Assembly: GCF_964213995.1 (NCBI RefSeq)
Contig: NW_027590264.1
Span: 310,001 to 374,000 of the forward strand
Source: Mustelus asterias
Taxonomy: Eukaryota
Direction of reading: 5' to 3'
Length of the DNA stretch: 64,000 nucleotides
Positions 12,096 to 24,060 of this stretch are shown piece by piece (position 1 is the stretch's first letter; each line of letters opens with the position of its first letter). Both the position numbers and the translations under genes were made by a program. The notes under the pieces were generated by a model. The model searched no databases. It worked only from the letters and a program-made list of their open reading frames with translations, and was not told the DNA's origin.

Positions 12096-12415
12096 AGTTA
12101 TTGTACAGGCTCCTGATCTCTCTGTTTCACCGTGCCTCACGGCACTGTAATACACCGCAGCGTCTGACAACTCAACCTTGTTAACAGTGAGAGCAGTGGA
12201 GCCTTTCACACCGTCCACAGATACTGTAAACCTTCCCTCAACTTTTACATCTCTGAATGTGGATACGAGATACTCGGGAGGTTGATCGGTGAATTGCCGG
12301 TACCAGAACACAAAGTCATTTGCAGTGACAGTAACATTGTGGTGAAGGGAGACGGTCTGTCCCAGTTTTACCCGATTCACCGACATCTGAAATGTTTCCG
12401 AGTGACAAGGAACAT
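12096..12415 (-). pseudogene. V exon, open frame but lacking both canonical cysteines; no clear leader
   Basis: TVSLHHNV..FWYRQ..AVYYSAVR; CACGGTG 12128-12134 + 23 + ACAATAACT. Confidence 0.75.
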
Positions 12416-12847
12416 CTGTCAAAATAAGAATACAATTAACATGAAGATACATACGGGGATAAATAAAGTGCTTGCGTACATAGACGGAATTAACTAATCT
12501 ATGCGTCTATCTATCCAAAGAACAAATCTACTTATTATAGATCTTTCTATCTTCCTTTTTTTCCATGTTTAGCCATCTTTCTGTTGCATTTCTATCCGCT
12601 GAGGTGTCTGAGAAGCAGTTATTTTTCCTGTTTGTTTCTTTACTCAGTGTGTGGGGAACAACGAAACAAGAGAGTTTACTTAATATGTTTCCACACACTG
12701 CATCTGTACTGACAGTTATCGGATATTGCAACTCTATCCAGATGGAAGGTTAAAAATGGAAAATCGATACTTCTAATATCAGCGGCATTGCTAAAGGCAC
12801 CAGTTTTGGGTAAATTTAAACGTGCAGCGGAGGCAGGGCAGTGAGCA

Positions 12848-13311
12848 GGATAGTGTTCACCCGGATCCGCTCTGTGTCTCACTGTGTCTGCTTCACGCAC
12901 AGATACATTCCGGAGTCCTGGACCGAGGTGTCATCAATACAGATGGTTTTTGAATTCTTTACTCGGTCAAAGGACAGTGTGTAACGTCCTTCGGTCGCAC
13001 TTCCATCGTAAATGGAGGCGATCAGTGTCGGAGCCCATGTCAGTGTTTGTCTGAACCAGAGAACGGTAACGTCTGTAGCAACGGAGAGCCGACAATTCAG
13101 TTCAAACCGTTCCCTTTCCCGAGACACCATCTGCTCAGGGTGGGAGCTCTGAAACTCACACTGAACGGCTGTGAACAGAAGAAAATCACTCACAAACCGC
13201 ATGATGTGAAGAGAGTGTTGAAATAATGAATAATAGAAACATAAACCCACACAATATCAACAGCATCAGAGTCCCAACTGGAAAGCGGTTTTTGCGGGTG
13301 TTCTTCTCCAT
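12848..13311 (-). CDS. Divergent V gene (leader 13251-13311, V exon 12887-13168), weak nonamer
   Basis: MEKNTRKNRFPVGTLMLLIL|gtgggt; FELNCRL..WFRQ..DSGMYLCVKQ; CACAGTG 12880-12886 + 23 + ACACTATCC; TGACGTCA upstream at 13470. Confidence 0.8.
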
Positions 13312-14364
13312 GTTGATGAAGAAGCACAGGAGGATCAGTCCGGGTCTCATTTCTGGACTGGGACTTGCAGCCGAGGCCTAGACTCTGAGTGGTGGGGAGG
13401 GGAAGGAGAGGCGGGAGCTTTACACTCTGATGAGCCACCGTGTCACCACTATTATGGGATGTCGGTCTCTGACGTCACTTGCGGTGCCACTGAGTGATTG
13501 GCTGTTTCTCGAACCAGAGACCACTTGAACCGTCAGTGCTTCCGACCCCCTCTGCTTCCGGTGTGTAACAACAGAGTAAATTGTTTCAGAACTGCGGTGC
13601 TCTGGTGTCTTTCTAAATGAAAAGAGCCGTTCATAATCTTAGAATCGTAGACAGTTGTAGCACTAACAGAGACCATTCGGCCCATTGCTCACGTACTGTC
13701 TCTGTTGATGGGTTCCCCACTTATTCTTTATCAGCAGCTTGCATTCGATGTATCTTATATTCTTAAAATTTCCGTTTACTGGTCAAATATTTATCCACTT
13801 GTCTCTGCAAATTACTTATAGATTCTGTCCCCATTACAGTTTGGCATGAACCACCTAGCAGCCGACTGCACAGAACACAAAAGTCTTCTCTCTCCGTTTA
13901 ATAAAGATCACCCGAAATGCCGCTCTCCAGTCACGCACTGAGAGGCCAGCCGGGTTATCTCTGTTCCTTTTCAATCTTTTCCAACCTGTCTTGATTGGGT
14001 ACAAGTCTGCCAACCACTTCTGAACAGAATTGCAGCTCCATTGAAAATGTCCCCAGTTGCTCAAGTCTCCGCTGAGCATTGTGCTCTCTCTCTCTCATCC
14101 CCACTTCATCTTTCCCAGTCTGTCTTACACATTGTGTCTGAGATTAACGCTACACGGATCCAAGTGTTTGAACTGTGTCCTCAACAATGATGTGTATAAG
14201 GCTTACACATGTCCCCTTGTGTTCTGAAATCTGCGTCCATGTTAATAGTGAGGGAGTTAGTGTTGGTAATGCCATTGTTAATAGTGAGGGAGTTAGTGTT
14301 GGTAATGCCATTGAATGTCAAGGGGCAATGGTTAAATCCTCTCATTTGAAGATGGTTACTGCAT

Positions 14365-14685
14365 GGGGCGACACGGTGGCGCAGTGGTTCGCACTGCTGC
14401 CTCACAGCGCCAGGGACCCGGGTTCAATTCCGGTCTCGGGTCGCAGTCTGTGTGGAGTTTGCACGTTCTCCCCTGTCTGTGTGGGTTTCCTTTGGCTGCT
14501 CCGGTTCCCTCTCATAGTATAAAAGTGTGCGGGTTAGGGTGATTGGCCGTGCTAAATTGCCCGTACGTATCAGGCGGTTTAGCACGATAAATATGTGGGG
14601 AGATGGAAGTAGGGCCTTTGTGGGCTTGTTGTCGGTGCCGACTCGATGGGCCAAATGGCCTCCATCTGCGCTGCAGGATTCGATG
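14365..14685 (+). mobile_element. Older HE1-like V-SINE
   Basis: Diverged tRNA head and TGTGGAGTTTGCAC domain. Confidence 0.85.
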
Positions 14686-15039
14686 AACGCATGTGGCGTG
14701 AATGTTGCTTGTCAGGCCAAGCCTGAATATTTTCCAGATTTTGCTGTATTTGGACACAGACCAATTATCTGATTTGAAACAATAGATTTTCAGCATAAAA
14801 TTAACAACAATGCGGAAGATTTCCTCAACATAAAGCCCACACTCACTGAGTGACTGTTTCCTTCATCGGATAAGTTATGCTCTGACTGTCAATAAATCTG
14901 AGCAAAGCCGCTGGCAGATATTGGGGAATTACAAAGCCCCGGGCGACCCCGCTCGCATGCTCCATTTCCTGCTCTCTGACATATCTTGCCTGCAGTCTGC
15001 TGTTTGTTTGATCGTTGCAGCAAATGTACACAGGCGTGA

Positions 15040-15495
15040 GGTTTTTGTACGGTGACTCCCGTCTTTCCTCTCAGTGTGGGCTCTATCGCACAGTAATACA
15101 GAGCGGTATCCGCGCTCCCACTGTTTTCAATAATCAACTGGCCCCATTTGCCCGCAGTGGAAAGTTCCAATTCGAATCGCTCCTTTCTCTCTTTGCCATC
15201 CGAGAATCCGCTTATTATCCACTTCAGACCCTGACCGGGTTTTTGCCTGTACCAATCCATTCTGTAAAAGCTGGAAATGTCATAACTGCAGTTTATCAGC
15301 ACCGAATCCCCGCTCTGGACTGTTCTCGCTGTGGGAGTTTGTGAAACTTGGTCCGAGCGACACCGATCTGTAAAAACATTCAGACAATGAGGCACTGGAA
15401 CAAAATGAATATCAGTAAACAGTCTCTATAGGTTACAGAGTAAATTTCCTGCGCTTACAAATTGGTAGAACCATAATGACAAGGCACAGATACAT
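15040..15495 (-). CDS. TCR V gene, RCRSD family (leader 15459-15495, V exon 15079-15367)
   Basis: MYLCLVIMVLPI|gtaag; INCSY..WYRQKPGQGLKWI..YYCAIEP; CACACTG + 23 + ACAAAAACC. Confidence 0.93.
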
Positions 15496-16149
15496 TTGCA
15501 CCGTGTGAGACAGTAACAATGTCAATAGGAAAACGGAGCACAGCTCACAGCAGAAGAGCGCGAAGTGAATCAACAACTTCAGTATTCCCCGAATGTAAGA
15601 TGCACCAGATAACGTTTCAGACACTCGGGTTCTCTGCAATCTGATGGGCTGGAATCAGACTATGCTCTTCCGGTGTAAGGATGTGGTTTTTTGATCCGCT
15701 GCTGCTTCTCTTTCCGATCATGTGTGAACAAATCAATTTTCTATAAACCAGGGCCCTACTTTACTACAGTTACTTTAATTGATAAAAGTGTTCACTGCTT
15801 AATTGTTCAACAATGAAGTCGTTGATTTCAATTTGAGGTAATTATTCATGTGAATTCTACCCAAGTGCAGTTCAAATGATCGTTTCAAATACAAGAAGCT
15901 CCTCCCGCTGCTCAGGCCTGGCTCCGTTATCCTCGGAAACTCTGCCTCGGGATTTCAATTGAAGCACCAACCATTTAGTTGATGGCCTGTACCTGGTTAT
16001 GTTTTATTCTAGCTCAACATCCTCACCCTGACAAGAGGAATATCCTGATTTTATTTAATATCCAAACATTTATTTAATATTCTGAATTGAACTTATCTGA
16101 AATACACAACATTGAATTGCAAACACGACTGACCAACAAAAGAAATCGA

Positions 16150-16495
16150 GTTAAAAACAAAATACTGCGGAGGCTGCAATCTGAAACAAAAACAGAAAAT
16201 CTCAGAAGGTCGGAGAGCATCTGTGGGAAGAGAACAGAGCAACATTTTCCAGTCTAGATGATCCTTCCTCAGAACGTACATCCTCCTCTCAGTCCCTGAA
16301 ACTGTTTTTTTTCCGCGTGAAGTCATTGTCCAATCCAAATTTGAAGGAGTTTCTGTGGAATCCGTGCACAGTTTGTCTTCGTCAACAACATTTATCTGAC
16401 GAAGGTTCACCTAATAGACTCGAAACGTTGGCTCTACTTTCTCCCCACAAATGCTGTCAGACCGGCTGAGGTTTTCCAGCAGTTTCTGCGTTTGT
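16150..16495. mobile_element. Two oppositely oriented short retroelement fragments, one with a hammerhead-like core
   Basis: AAACAAAATACTGCGGAGGCTG..GCATCTGTGG (16156-16226) versus CTGACGAAGG..CGAAACGTT..CCACAAATGCTG (16396-16490); related copy at 52705-52835. Confidence 0.55.
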
Positions 16496-17948
16496 GTGTG
16501 AAAAGAAATCGAATCATTGGGTAACCCAGATCCCATGGTGTTTATCTGACCACAGGCAGCTTCTAAACAAAATCAAATATTTTTACATGGAAGATATTTA
16601 AGAAAGATCGACCAATTACACTTGATCCCTCTTTATTCTGGATGTAAAACATTCTGCCCCCTAAACCTCGTTCATCAACACAAAATCCAAGTAGATCGGC
16701 ACTGAGTCTCGATTTCCTCATCAGCCTGAGCGGTTTTTTCTCTTTGTCTATTATGATGAAAGATTTGAAAAGATGGTACTGTGCAGTGCGCGCCATTTCC
16801 TCCAGTTCAGTTGCAGCATCACTTGTGTCTGTCTTTATGCGCACACAATACTATTAAACATGTTTCATACGGTGATTAACTATCCTAGTCTGCATCTGTA
16901 AACCCATTCAATTCTGTTGTACACTGAACGAATTGCGAATATGTGCACGGTGTCAAATTAGGAACATTTAATTCCTCATTATGTCTTAAAAGGCAGCATT
17001 TCCGAATTTGCTGAAAGCATTTGAGGCCGAGGTCACGGCAAATATAATGTGGCTTAACATCGAGTTTCTGATAATGTTCAGGAACAAACTTAAATCCTGC
17101 AAACATCGCTTACCCTCACTGTGAAAGGTTTATACTTCCAATTGGTTGCAAACCAGTGACTTTTCGCGTATAAGGCGAGCGTGATGGCCAATACACTGCA
17201 GAAATGATTATCCACTATAAAACCTCAAGAGACTGTCTTGAAATGTTACAACTGTGCCGTCATTCAGTCACACTTTGGGTGCTTCCTTCGAAGAATTCGG
17301 CTGCTGTCACGAGGAATGCTGTAGACAACCTGGTCTCAGTGACCAGGAGAGAAAACAATTCTGCACAGAGGGGCCTGAGAGCTGAACCCAGACAGAGTGG
17401 AGGGAGGGAGAAAACTGAGAGTGGAGAAAAGAATTGGTGGAGAGGGTGAGATGGGTTTGGATTTCAGCCCAGGGACGGGGGAGAGTGTGTGAGATGGGGA
17501 TTTACAGATTTGGGGCAAACGAGAGGAAAAAATGTTCCAAAAAAAAACTAGAATTATCTGTTCAGAATTTCTATCCTGGACCGACCGTGATTAATTTTGT
17601 AAACTCTTTTTCCAGGTATTAACAAGGGAAAGATTTGTAGATGCAAAACTCAAAACAAACATTTTGGTTTGAGTCACTCGATCATTCGTCAATCTGTGAA
17701 TGTGGAAGGAGAAATGTTTATCTCTTGAAGATTTTAAACATCAGTGCAACTGGAAAAACACCGAGACACACACACACACTCGAGTGAGAGTGTTCCAGTG
17801 AACTGACTGTGGAAAGAGCTTTAACCAGTGACACAGCCTGAGAAAACATCACACCATTCACAGCAGGGAGAAACTGTACACGTGTTATCTGCAAGGACGA
17901 GGTTTCAACTGATCATCTAACCTGGAGAGACACAAGGACACTGGCACC

Positions 17949-18752
17949 ATGGAGAAACCTTGGAAATGTGGGGACTGTGGTAAAGGATTCAAGTCTTTAT
18001 TCCGACTGGAAATCCATCAACGCAGTCACACCGGGGAGAAGCCATTCGTCTGTTCTGTGTGTGGGAAGGGATTTACCAAGACAACATACCTGATGTTACA
18101 CCAGAGAATTCACACTGAGGAGAGGCCCTTCAGCTGCACTCACTGTGGGAAGAGGTTCAACAGCACATCCAGCCACGCGACACACCAGCGGATTCACACT
18201 GGGGAGAAGCCGTTCACCTGCTCTGTGTGCGGTGAGAGATTCACTCGGTCATCCGGCCTTTGGACACATCAGCGAATTCACACTGAGGAGAAACCGTTCA
18301 GCTGCACTTCTCGTGGAAAGAGTTTCGGGCAGTCATCCACCCTGACTGCTCACCAACGCACTCACACCGGGGAGAGACCGTTCACCTGCTCCGTGTGTGG
18401 GAAGAAATTCTCCCAGTCATTCGATCTGGTGAGACACCAGCGACTTCACACCGGGGAGAGACCATTCACCTGCTCGGTGTGTGGGAAGGGATTCGCTCGG
18501 TTATTCACCCTCCAGTCCCACCACCGCACTCACACTCAGGAGAATCCATTCAGCTGCAGTACCTGTGGAAAGAGTTTCAAGCAGTCATCCAACCTTCTGA
18601 CTCACCGACGCACTCACTCTGGGGAGAGGCCTTTCACCTGCTCCTTGTGTGGAAAGGCATTCACAAGGTCCTCCAGCCTGCTGAGACACCAGCAAATTCA
18701 TCATAGACTGCAAGGATTGGATTCTGCTTTTAACCACAGCCAGGATCGATAG
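17949..18752 (+). CDS. C2H2 zinc-finger protein, 9 tandem fingers (5th degenerate)
   Basis: HTGEKP/HTGERP linkers; CACCATGG start context; own stop; degenerate fingers upstream at 17790-17940. Confidence 0.9.
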   Translation: MEKPWKCGDCGKGFKSLFRLEIHQRSHTGEKPFVCSVCGKGFTKTTYLMLHQRIHTEERPFSCTHCGKRFNSTSSHATHQRIHTGEKPFTCSVCGERFTRSSGLWTHQRIHTEEKPFSCTSRGKSFGQSSTLTAHQRTHTGERPFTCSVCGKKFSQSFDLVRHQRLHTGERPFTCSVCGKGFARLFTLQSHHRTHTQENPFSCSTCGKSFKQSSNLLTHRRTHSGERPFTCSLCGKAFTRSSSLLRHQQIHHRLQGLDSAFNHSQDR

Positions 18753-18924
18753 TCTGACAATATTGGTTCGATTTTGCTGATATTAACATCCCTATAAGTA
18801 GCTGGAGTTTAATATTCTGGAGATGTCTCTGACTTTCGGAGCTGCAGTGTCCCTTTTTAAAAACACCTTGTGATCTTTCCCCTAAATTCAAGAATCCTTA
18901 ACAAGAACCTGTTCAACATAAAAT

Positions 18925-19266
18925 CATAGAAGTCATAGAAACCCTACAGTGCAGAAGTAGGCCATTCGGCCCATCGAGTCTGCACTGACCACAATCCCAC
19001 CCAGGCCCTACCTCCACATATTTTACCCACTAATCCCTCTAACCTACGCATCCCAGAACTCTAAGAAGCAATTTTTTTAACCTGGCCAATTAACCTAACC
19101 CGCACATCTTTGGACTGTGGGAGGAAACCGGAGCACCCGGAGGAAACCCACGCAGACACGAGGAGAATGTGCAAACTCCACACAGACAGTGACCCGAGCC
19201 GGGAATTGAACCCGGGACCCTGGAGCTGTGAAGCAGCAGTGCTAACCACTGTGCTACCGTGCCGCC
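18925..19266 (-). mobile_element. HE1-like V-SINE
   Basis: Reverse complement of the 2779 element. Confidence 0.9.
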
Positions 19267-19894
19267 CACTTTGCTTCAATCCTAAATTAATCTTCGATGC
19301 AAATCAGTGTGAGAGAAGTTCCACTGATTAACATCTCCAATTAGAAAGTCCTGATTAATCCTTGCTGACAATTCTGACTGACGTCTTCACAGTGACACGT
19401 CCATTATGAAATTAAATATGAAGGAACATAAACAAAATAGTAAAATATTATACAGGCACAGTTAAATCTCACATAAAATCCTTAACAATCAATATTGAAG
19501 TTGATGAAACTTGGAGGTCTCTGAGTTCACTCATTTCTGACACAGCAGCAGCAGTTTCACGATCTTGCGATTAAAGTAATACAATATCACCATCTGCTGG
19601 CGACGTGTACTTACGGCAGGCGCTGGCATCTGTGAGTCTCGGGGAAGTTCAGTCACTGGATGGTTGGAACTGGCATCCGGTTGATGAAGTGCCAATATTG
19701 AATAACATTGTTCATTCCCTGTTGCAAACTTTCATTCCTAAAATTGGAATGAAAGTTTGCAACAGGTTCTTGGGTGGCGCGTTCGCCCATTTATCACCAG
19801 GCACCGTATAAGAATTTTGTTCCCCATTCCCCATGGGAGATATTGTCTGGAGTTGCAGTTCGGGATTATTGTGTGCATTAGTATTTAAAATAAA

Positions 19895-20087
19895 TATTTA
19901 TTGAAGATATATAGCACTGGAGATACGTTTCAGGATCTACCGGACAGATTTTCTTGCTGTTTTGCGCAAAGGAAAGAAAACTGTTCTTTTTAACATTGCC
20001 GGGATGCTTCTCCCTGACACCGCCGTGTATCCCTGTGCCACGGAGCCCACACTGCTGCAGAGATAGAGCGGATCCCGGACAACAACC
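19895..20087 (+). pseudogene. 5'-truncated, frameshifted V (AMEP family)
   Basis: ..LPDTAVYPCATEP; CACACTG 20048-20054 + 24 + ACAACAACC. Confidence 0.8.
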
Positions 20088-20508
20088 CCACACATGGGAG
20101 TTCCAGTTAGGTACCACCAGAGGGCGCACTTACGCTGCTAAACAGAACCAATAATTCACTCTCCATGTGAGTCACAGGGACCTTCCCAAGATATCAGAGA
20201 AAAAACACAACCTCAACAAGAGGTGAGCAACATTTGAGGAGTGATATTAGTTTATTTTAACCTGCATGTGTGCAATCGCCGATCTTCTTAAATCTATTCC
20301 ATTTTGTTAGTTTAGTTGTTGCCCTTGGATGCAGTTTCCCTGTCTTTAATATTGAGCAACTCGATCCCCATCTCCCCTGAGAGGTTTCTGAAGTCTATCA
20401 CCGCGGCCTGGTCACTGGGTTTATTTGATCCGAGAGATATGCTGCTTCCGAGAAAGTGTAGACACAATGAAGAAATTTCACAATGAAGTGACTGTGATCT
20501 TTTAAATA

Positions 20509-21897
20509 GACATTGAGCACAGAATTCCCCCAATGACCAGTGAACTTCAGGATGTTTCCGTAATGCTGTTTTGTTACTATAAGCAACCCAGAATTTGCAG
20601 CTGCTAATTAACAGAGCAGGGTTTCATCCCCGCAACCCCATCCGGAAAAGTGCACCCGTTCCCCTATCGAGGTGCTGAAATCAGCTCGGCTCGAGGGATT
20701 TCCTTTCGATATCAGCCAGATCACCACTGAGAGATCTCACAGACTCATAGAGACACAATGATTGAAGTGGCAGGATACTGGAAACACTTGGGCTGAACCC
20801 AGGTTAATGAGGATTCTTGCGTAACTGACAGTCACATCATGGCTGCACCTGCCCACGATTCTGAGCAACCCGCAGCAGACAGGACTTTCAACCTATAGTT
20901 AAAGGCAGTTTTTTCAGCAGTCAGACTGCTTTCCATCACTGTGAGTTTCAGCGAGAGCGCAGTAATACAAGGCAGAGTCAGTCAGCTGCAGACCCCAGAT
21001 GGTCAAACTGGTGAATTTACTCCATGCCTGAAGTTCTCCAGAGAAGCGGCTTTCAGCAAAATCTGCTACATCTTCACCAAACATCGAGTTCTTCTCCACT
21101 GTAACACAGGGTGTTGCCGGTACCAGTGTCAATTGCAGTTGCTCATTCTAGTGTCATAGGTACAGTTTAAAGAATTAGCTGTTGTTTATTTGGGATCACC
21201 AGGAACTCAGCACGAGCATTGAGAATACAAAATAGATATTGAGCACAGAATTCCCCCAATGACCAGTGAACTTCAGGATGTTTCCGTAATGCTGTTTTGT
21301 TACTATGAGCAACCCAGAATTTGCAGCTGCTAATTAACAGAGCAGGGTTTCATCCCCGCAACCCCATCCGGAAAAGTGCACCCGTTCCCCTATCGAGGTG
21401 CTGAAATCAGCTCGGCTCGAGGGATTTCCTTTCGATATCAGCCAGCTCACCACTGAGAGATCTCACAGACTCATAGAGACACAATGATTGAAGTGGCAGG
21501 ATACTGGAAACACTTGGGCTGATCCCAGGTTAATGAGGATTCTTTCGTAACTGACGGTCACATTATGGCTGCATCTGCCCACGATTCTGAGCAACCCGCA
21601 GCAGACAGGGTTTTCAACCTATAGTTAAAGGCAGTTTTTTCAACAGTCAGAATGCTTTACATCACTGTGAGTTTCAGCGAGAGCGCAGTAGTACAAGGCA
21701 GAGTCAGTCAGCTGCAGACCCCAGATGGTCAAACTGGTGAACTTACTCCATGCCTGAAGTTCTCCAGAGAAACGGCTTTCAGCAAAATTTGCTACATCTT
21801 CACCAAACATCGAGTTCTTCCCCACTGTAACACAGGGTGTTGCCGGTACCAGTGTCAATTGCAGTTGCTCATTCTAGTGTCATAGGTACAGTTTAAA
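20509..21897. repeat. Tandem duplication, period ~726 bp, covering V pseudogene 3' part
   Basis: 20509-21171 nearly identical to 21235-21897 (paired ORFs 20914/21640). Confidence 0.9.
20937..21171 (-). pseudogene. Truncated V pseudogene
   Basis: ..ESRFSGELQ..DSALYYCALAE; CACAGTG 20937-20943; stop before WYRQ; degenerate nonamer. Confidence 0.85.
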
Positions 21898-22127
21898 GTC
21901 ACCGTTTCTCCTTCTGTCTGTTATTCTGAGGACAGCGACTGAGTGACAGAATCTCCATGACCCAGATCTGAAAAACATGTTCGAACCGAAACAGATCAGA
22001 CCGACTGAATCCGTAAAATTCAGTTCAAAAACAAGTTTGTCAAATTAAAGTGAATATGAAATCCGTTTGGTCCATAAGTACCTGTCAGGAAGGTTCCCCG
22101 CACAATCCAGATGCTGAGTAGCAGCAT
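21663..22127 (-). pseudogene. V pseudogene (leader 22082-22127, V exon 21670-21967)
   Basis: MLLLSIWIVRGTFLT|gt; DSVTQSLSSE*..NCN*HWYRQ, stops and frameshift; YYCALAE + CACAGTG. Confidence 0.88.
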
Positions 22128-22641
22128 CGTTGTTCTCTGCTCTGTAAAAGGGGAGTTGGATATTTGAAGACACCCTTTCCAAACCTCACCCTGTATATGT
22201 TGCTGCCGTGTCTCGGGGTGCTCTCACTGCATTTCCCTGTGTCCGCGGGGGTGCTGTGGGGTTGGCAGCTGGTGAACTGTCTGCAAGTGAATGGATTCAC
22301 CCCGAGCTGGGTTCACTCAGTGTTCTGATAGGGCGAAATAGTTTCCTCGTTAGACACGTGGGAAGAGATTTGTAACCGGAAACATGGGGTCACCGATGGG
22401 GTTTATTTATTCCGGCTTCAATTCTTCATCTCCGATTCCAGTAGAATCGATGCCAGTGAATGTGGGCGGATAAAACCCGAGTCTCAGCTTCTTTCATCAG
22501 TTCGACAGAGAGACGCCCCAGTTGGACCTGAAGCGGGTGTTGGACTCATTGTAAATTCTTCCGAATTTTATACCCGTGTCCTGGTTCTAACCTGAACTCC
22601 CTGGACAACTGCCTCAGCAGAAATTTCATATGATCTTTAAA

Positions 22642-23013
22642 ATGCTCCGAATTTACAGATTCTCTTTGCTGTTTTCCTCTCTGATCTGCACGGGAGTGAC
22701 TGGAGCAGATGAGGTGACGCAGCTCCCTCTGCGGAAAGTTGTCAGTGAGGAGATAACCGTATCCATAAACTGCACCACGACCACTGCGTTTAACAGCTTG
22801 TCTTGGTACAGACAGTCCCCGAATCAGCCACCCCAGCATCTGGTGATGGCCACAAGAGAACCCGATCAAAGCGGGAGGATCACTGCCTCAATCGGTGGAG
22901 GCTACAAATTCAGTGCCCTGACTGTGAGAGACGCCGGAGTTACAGACACTGCCACCTATCTCTGCGCCGTGAGCCACAGTGTGACAAACACAGGGAGAGC
23001 CCATGCAAAAACC
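22642..23013 (+). CDS. Single-exon (intronless leader+V) TCR V gene, RSS 22975-23013
   Basis: MLRIYRFSLLFSSLICTGVTG-ADEVTQ..INC..WYRQ..TYLCAVS in one frame; CACAGTG + 23 + GCAAAAACC. Confidence 0.9.
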
Positions 23014-23334
23014 TGCACAGACTGCGAGAGCCACTCTGCTGTGTCTGGAGTATCGGTAGAGTGAGTGATGTGATTACAAAAAAAAATCCGTAAAGAAAGG
23101 AAATGAGCGCAACACAAAATAAAACATACAATCTAGTTATTAAAATCCCGCTAAAATGAAGATAGTTGAAAACAGATGGAGAAGAGGAACGAGGGAACAT
23201 GTAAACTAGACTGAGTGAGAGGAAAACAGAACATAGGAAAGTTCAGTTATCATAGGAGAAGTGGACAGAAAATGAATAAACTGTTGAAATAGAAATGGAA
23301 GAGATTGGAAAGTGTGATAGACAGTTTAAAAATC

Positions 23335-23547
23335 TGTCTGTTATTCTGAGGACAGCGACTGAGTAACAGAATCTCCATGACTCAGATCTGAAAAACATGT
23401 TCGAACGGAAACAGATCAGACCGACTGAATCCGTAAAATTCAGTTCAAAAACAAGTTAGTAAAATTAAAGTGAATATGAAATCCGTTTGGTCCATAAGTA
23501 CCTGTCAGGAAGGTTCCCCGCACAATCCAGATGCTGAGTAGCAGCAT
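23335..23547 (-). pseudogene. Leader (23502-23547) plus V stub cut by duplication breakpoint
   Basis: Copy of 21914-22127. Confidence 0.8.
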
Positions 23548-24060
23548 CGTTGTTGTCTGCTCTGTAAAAGGGGAGTTGGATATTTGCAGACACCCTTTCC
23601 AAACTTCACCCTGTATATGTTGCTGCCGTGTCTCGGGGTGCTCTCACTGCATTTCCCTGTGTCCGCGGGGGTGCTGTGGGGTTGGCAGCTGGTGAACTGG
23701 CTGCAAGTGAATGGATTCACCCCGAGCTGGGTTCACTCAGTGTTCTGATAGGGCGAATGGTTCCCTAGTTAGACACGTGGGAAGAGATTTGTAACCGGAA
23801 ACATGGGGTCACTGATGGGGTTTATTTATTCCGGCTTCAATTCTTCATCTCCGATTCCAGTAGAATCGATGTCAGTGAATGTGGGCGGATAAAACCCGAG
23901 TCTCAGCTTCTTTCATCAGTTCAACAGAGAGACGCTTCAGTTGGACACGAAGCAGGCGTTTGACTCCTTGTAAATTCTTCCGAATATTAAACCCAGGTCC
24001 TGGTTCTGATCTGAACTCCCCGGACAATTACTTCAGCAGAAATTTCATATGATCTGAAAA

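Noticed and set aside
14240-14312. 36-bp direct duplication
   Set aside because: Local slippage inside a decayed repeat; no functional sign
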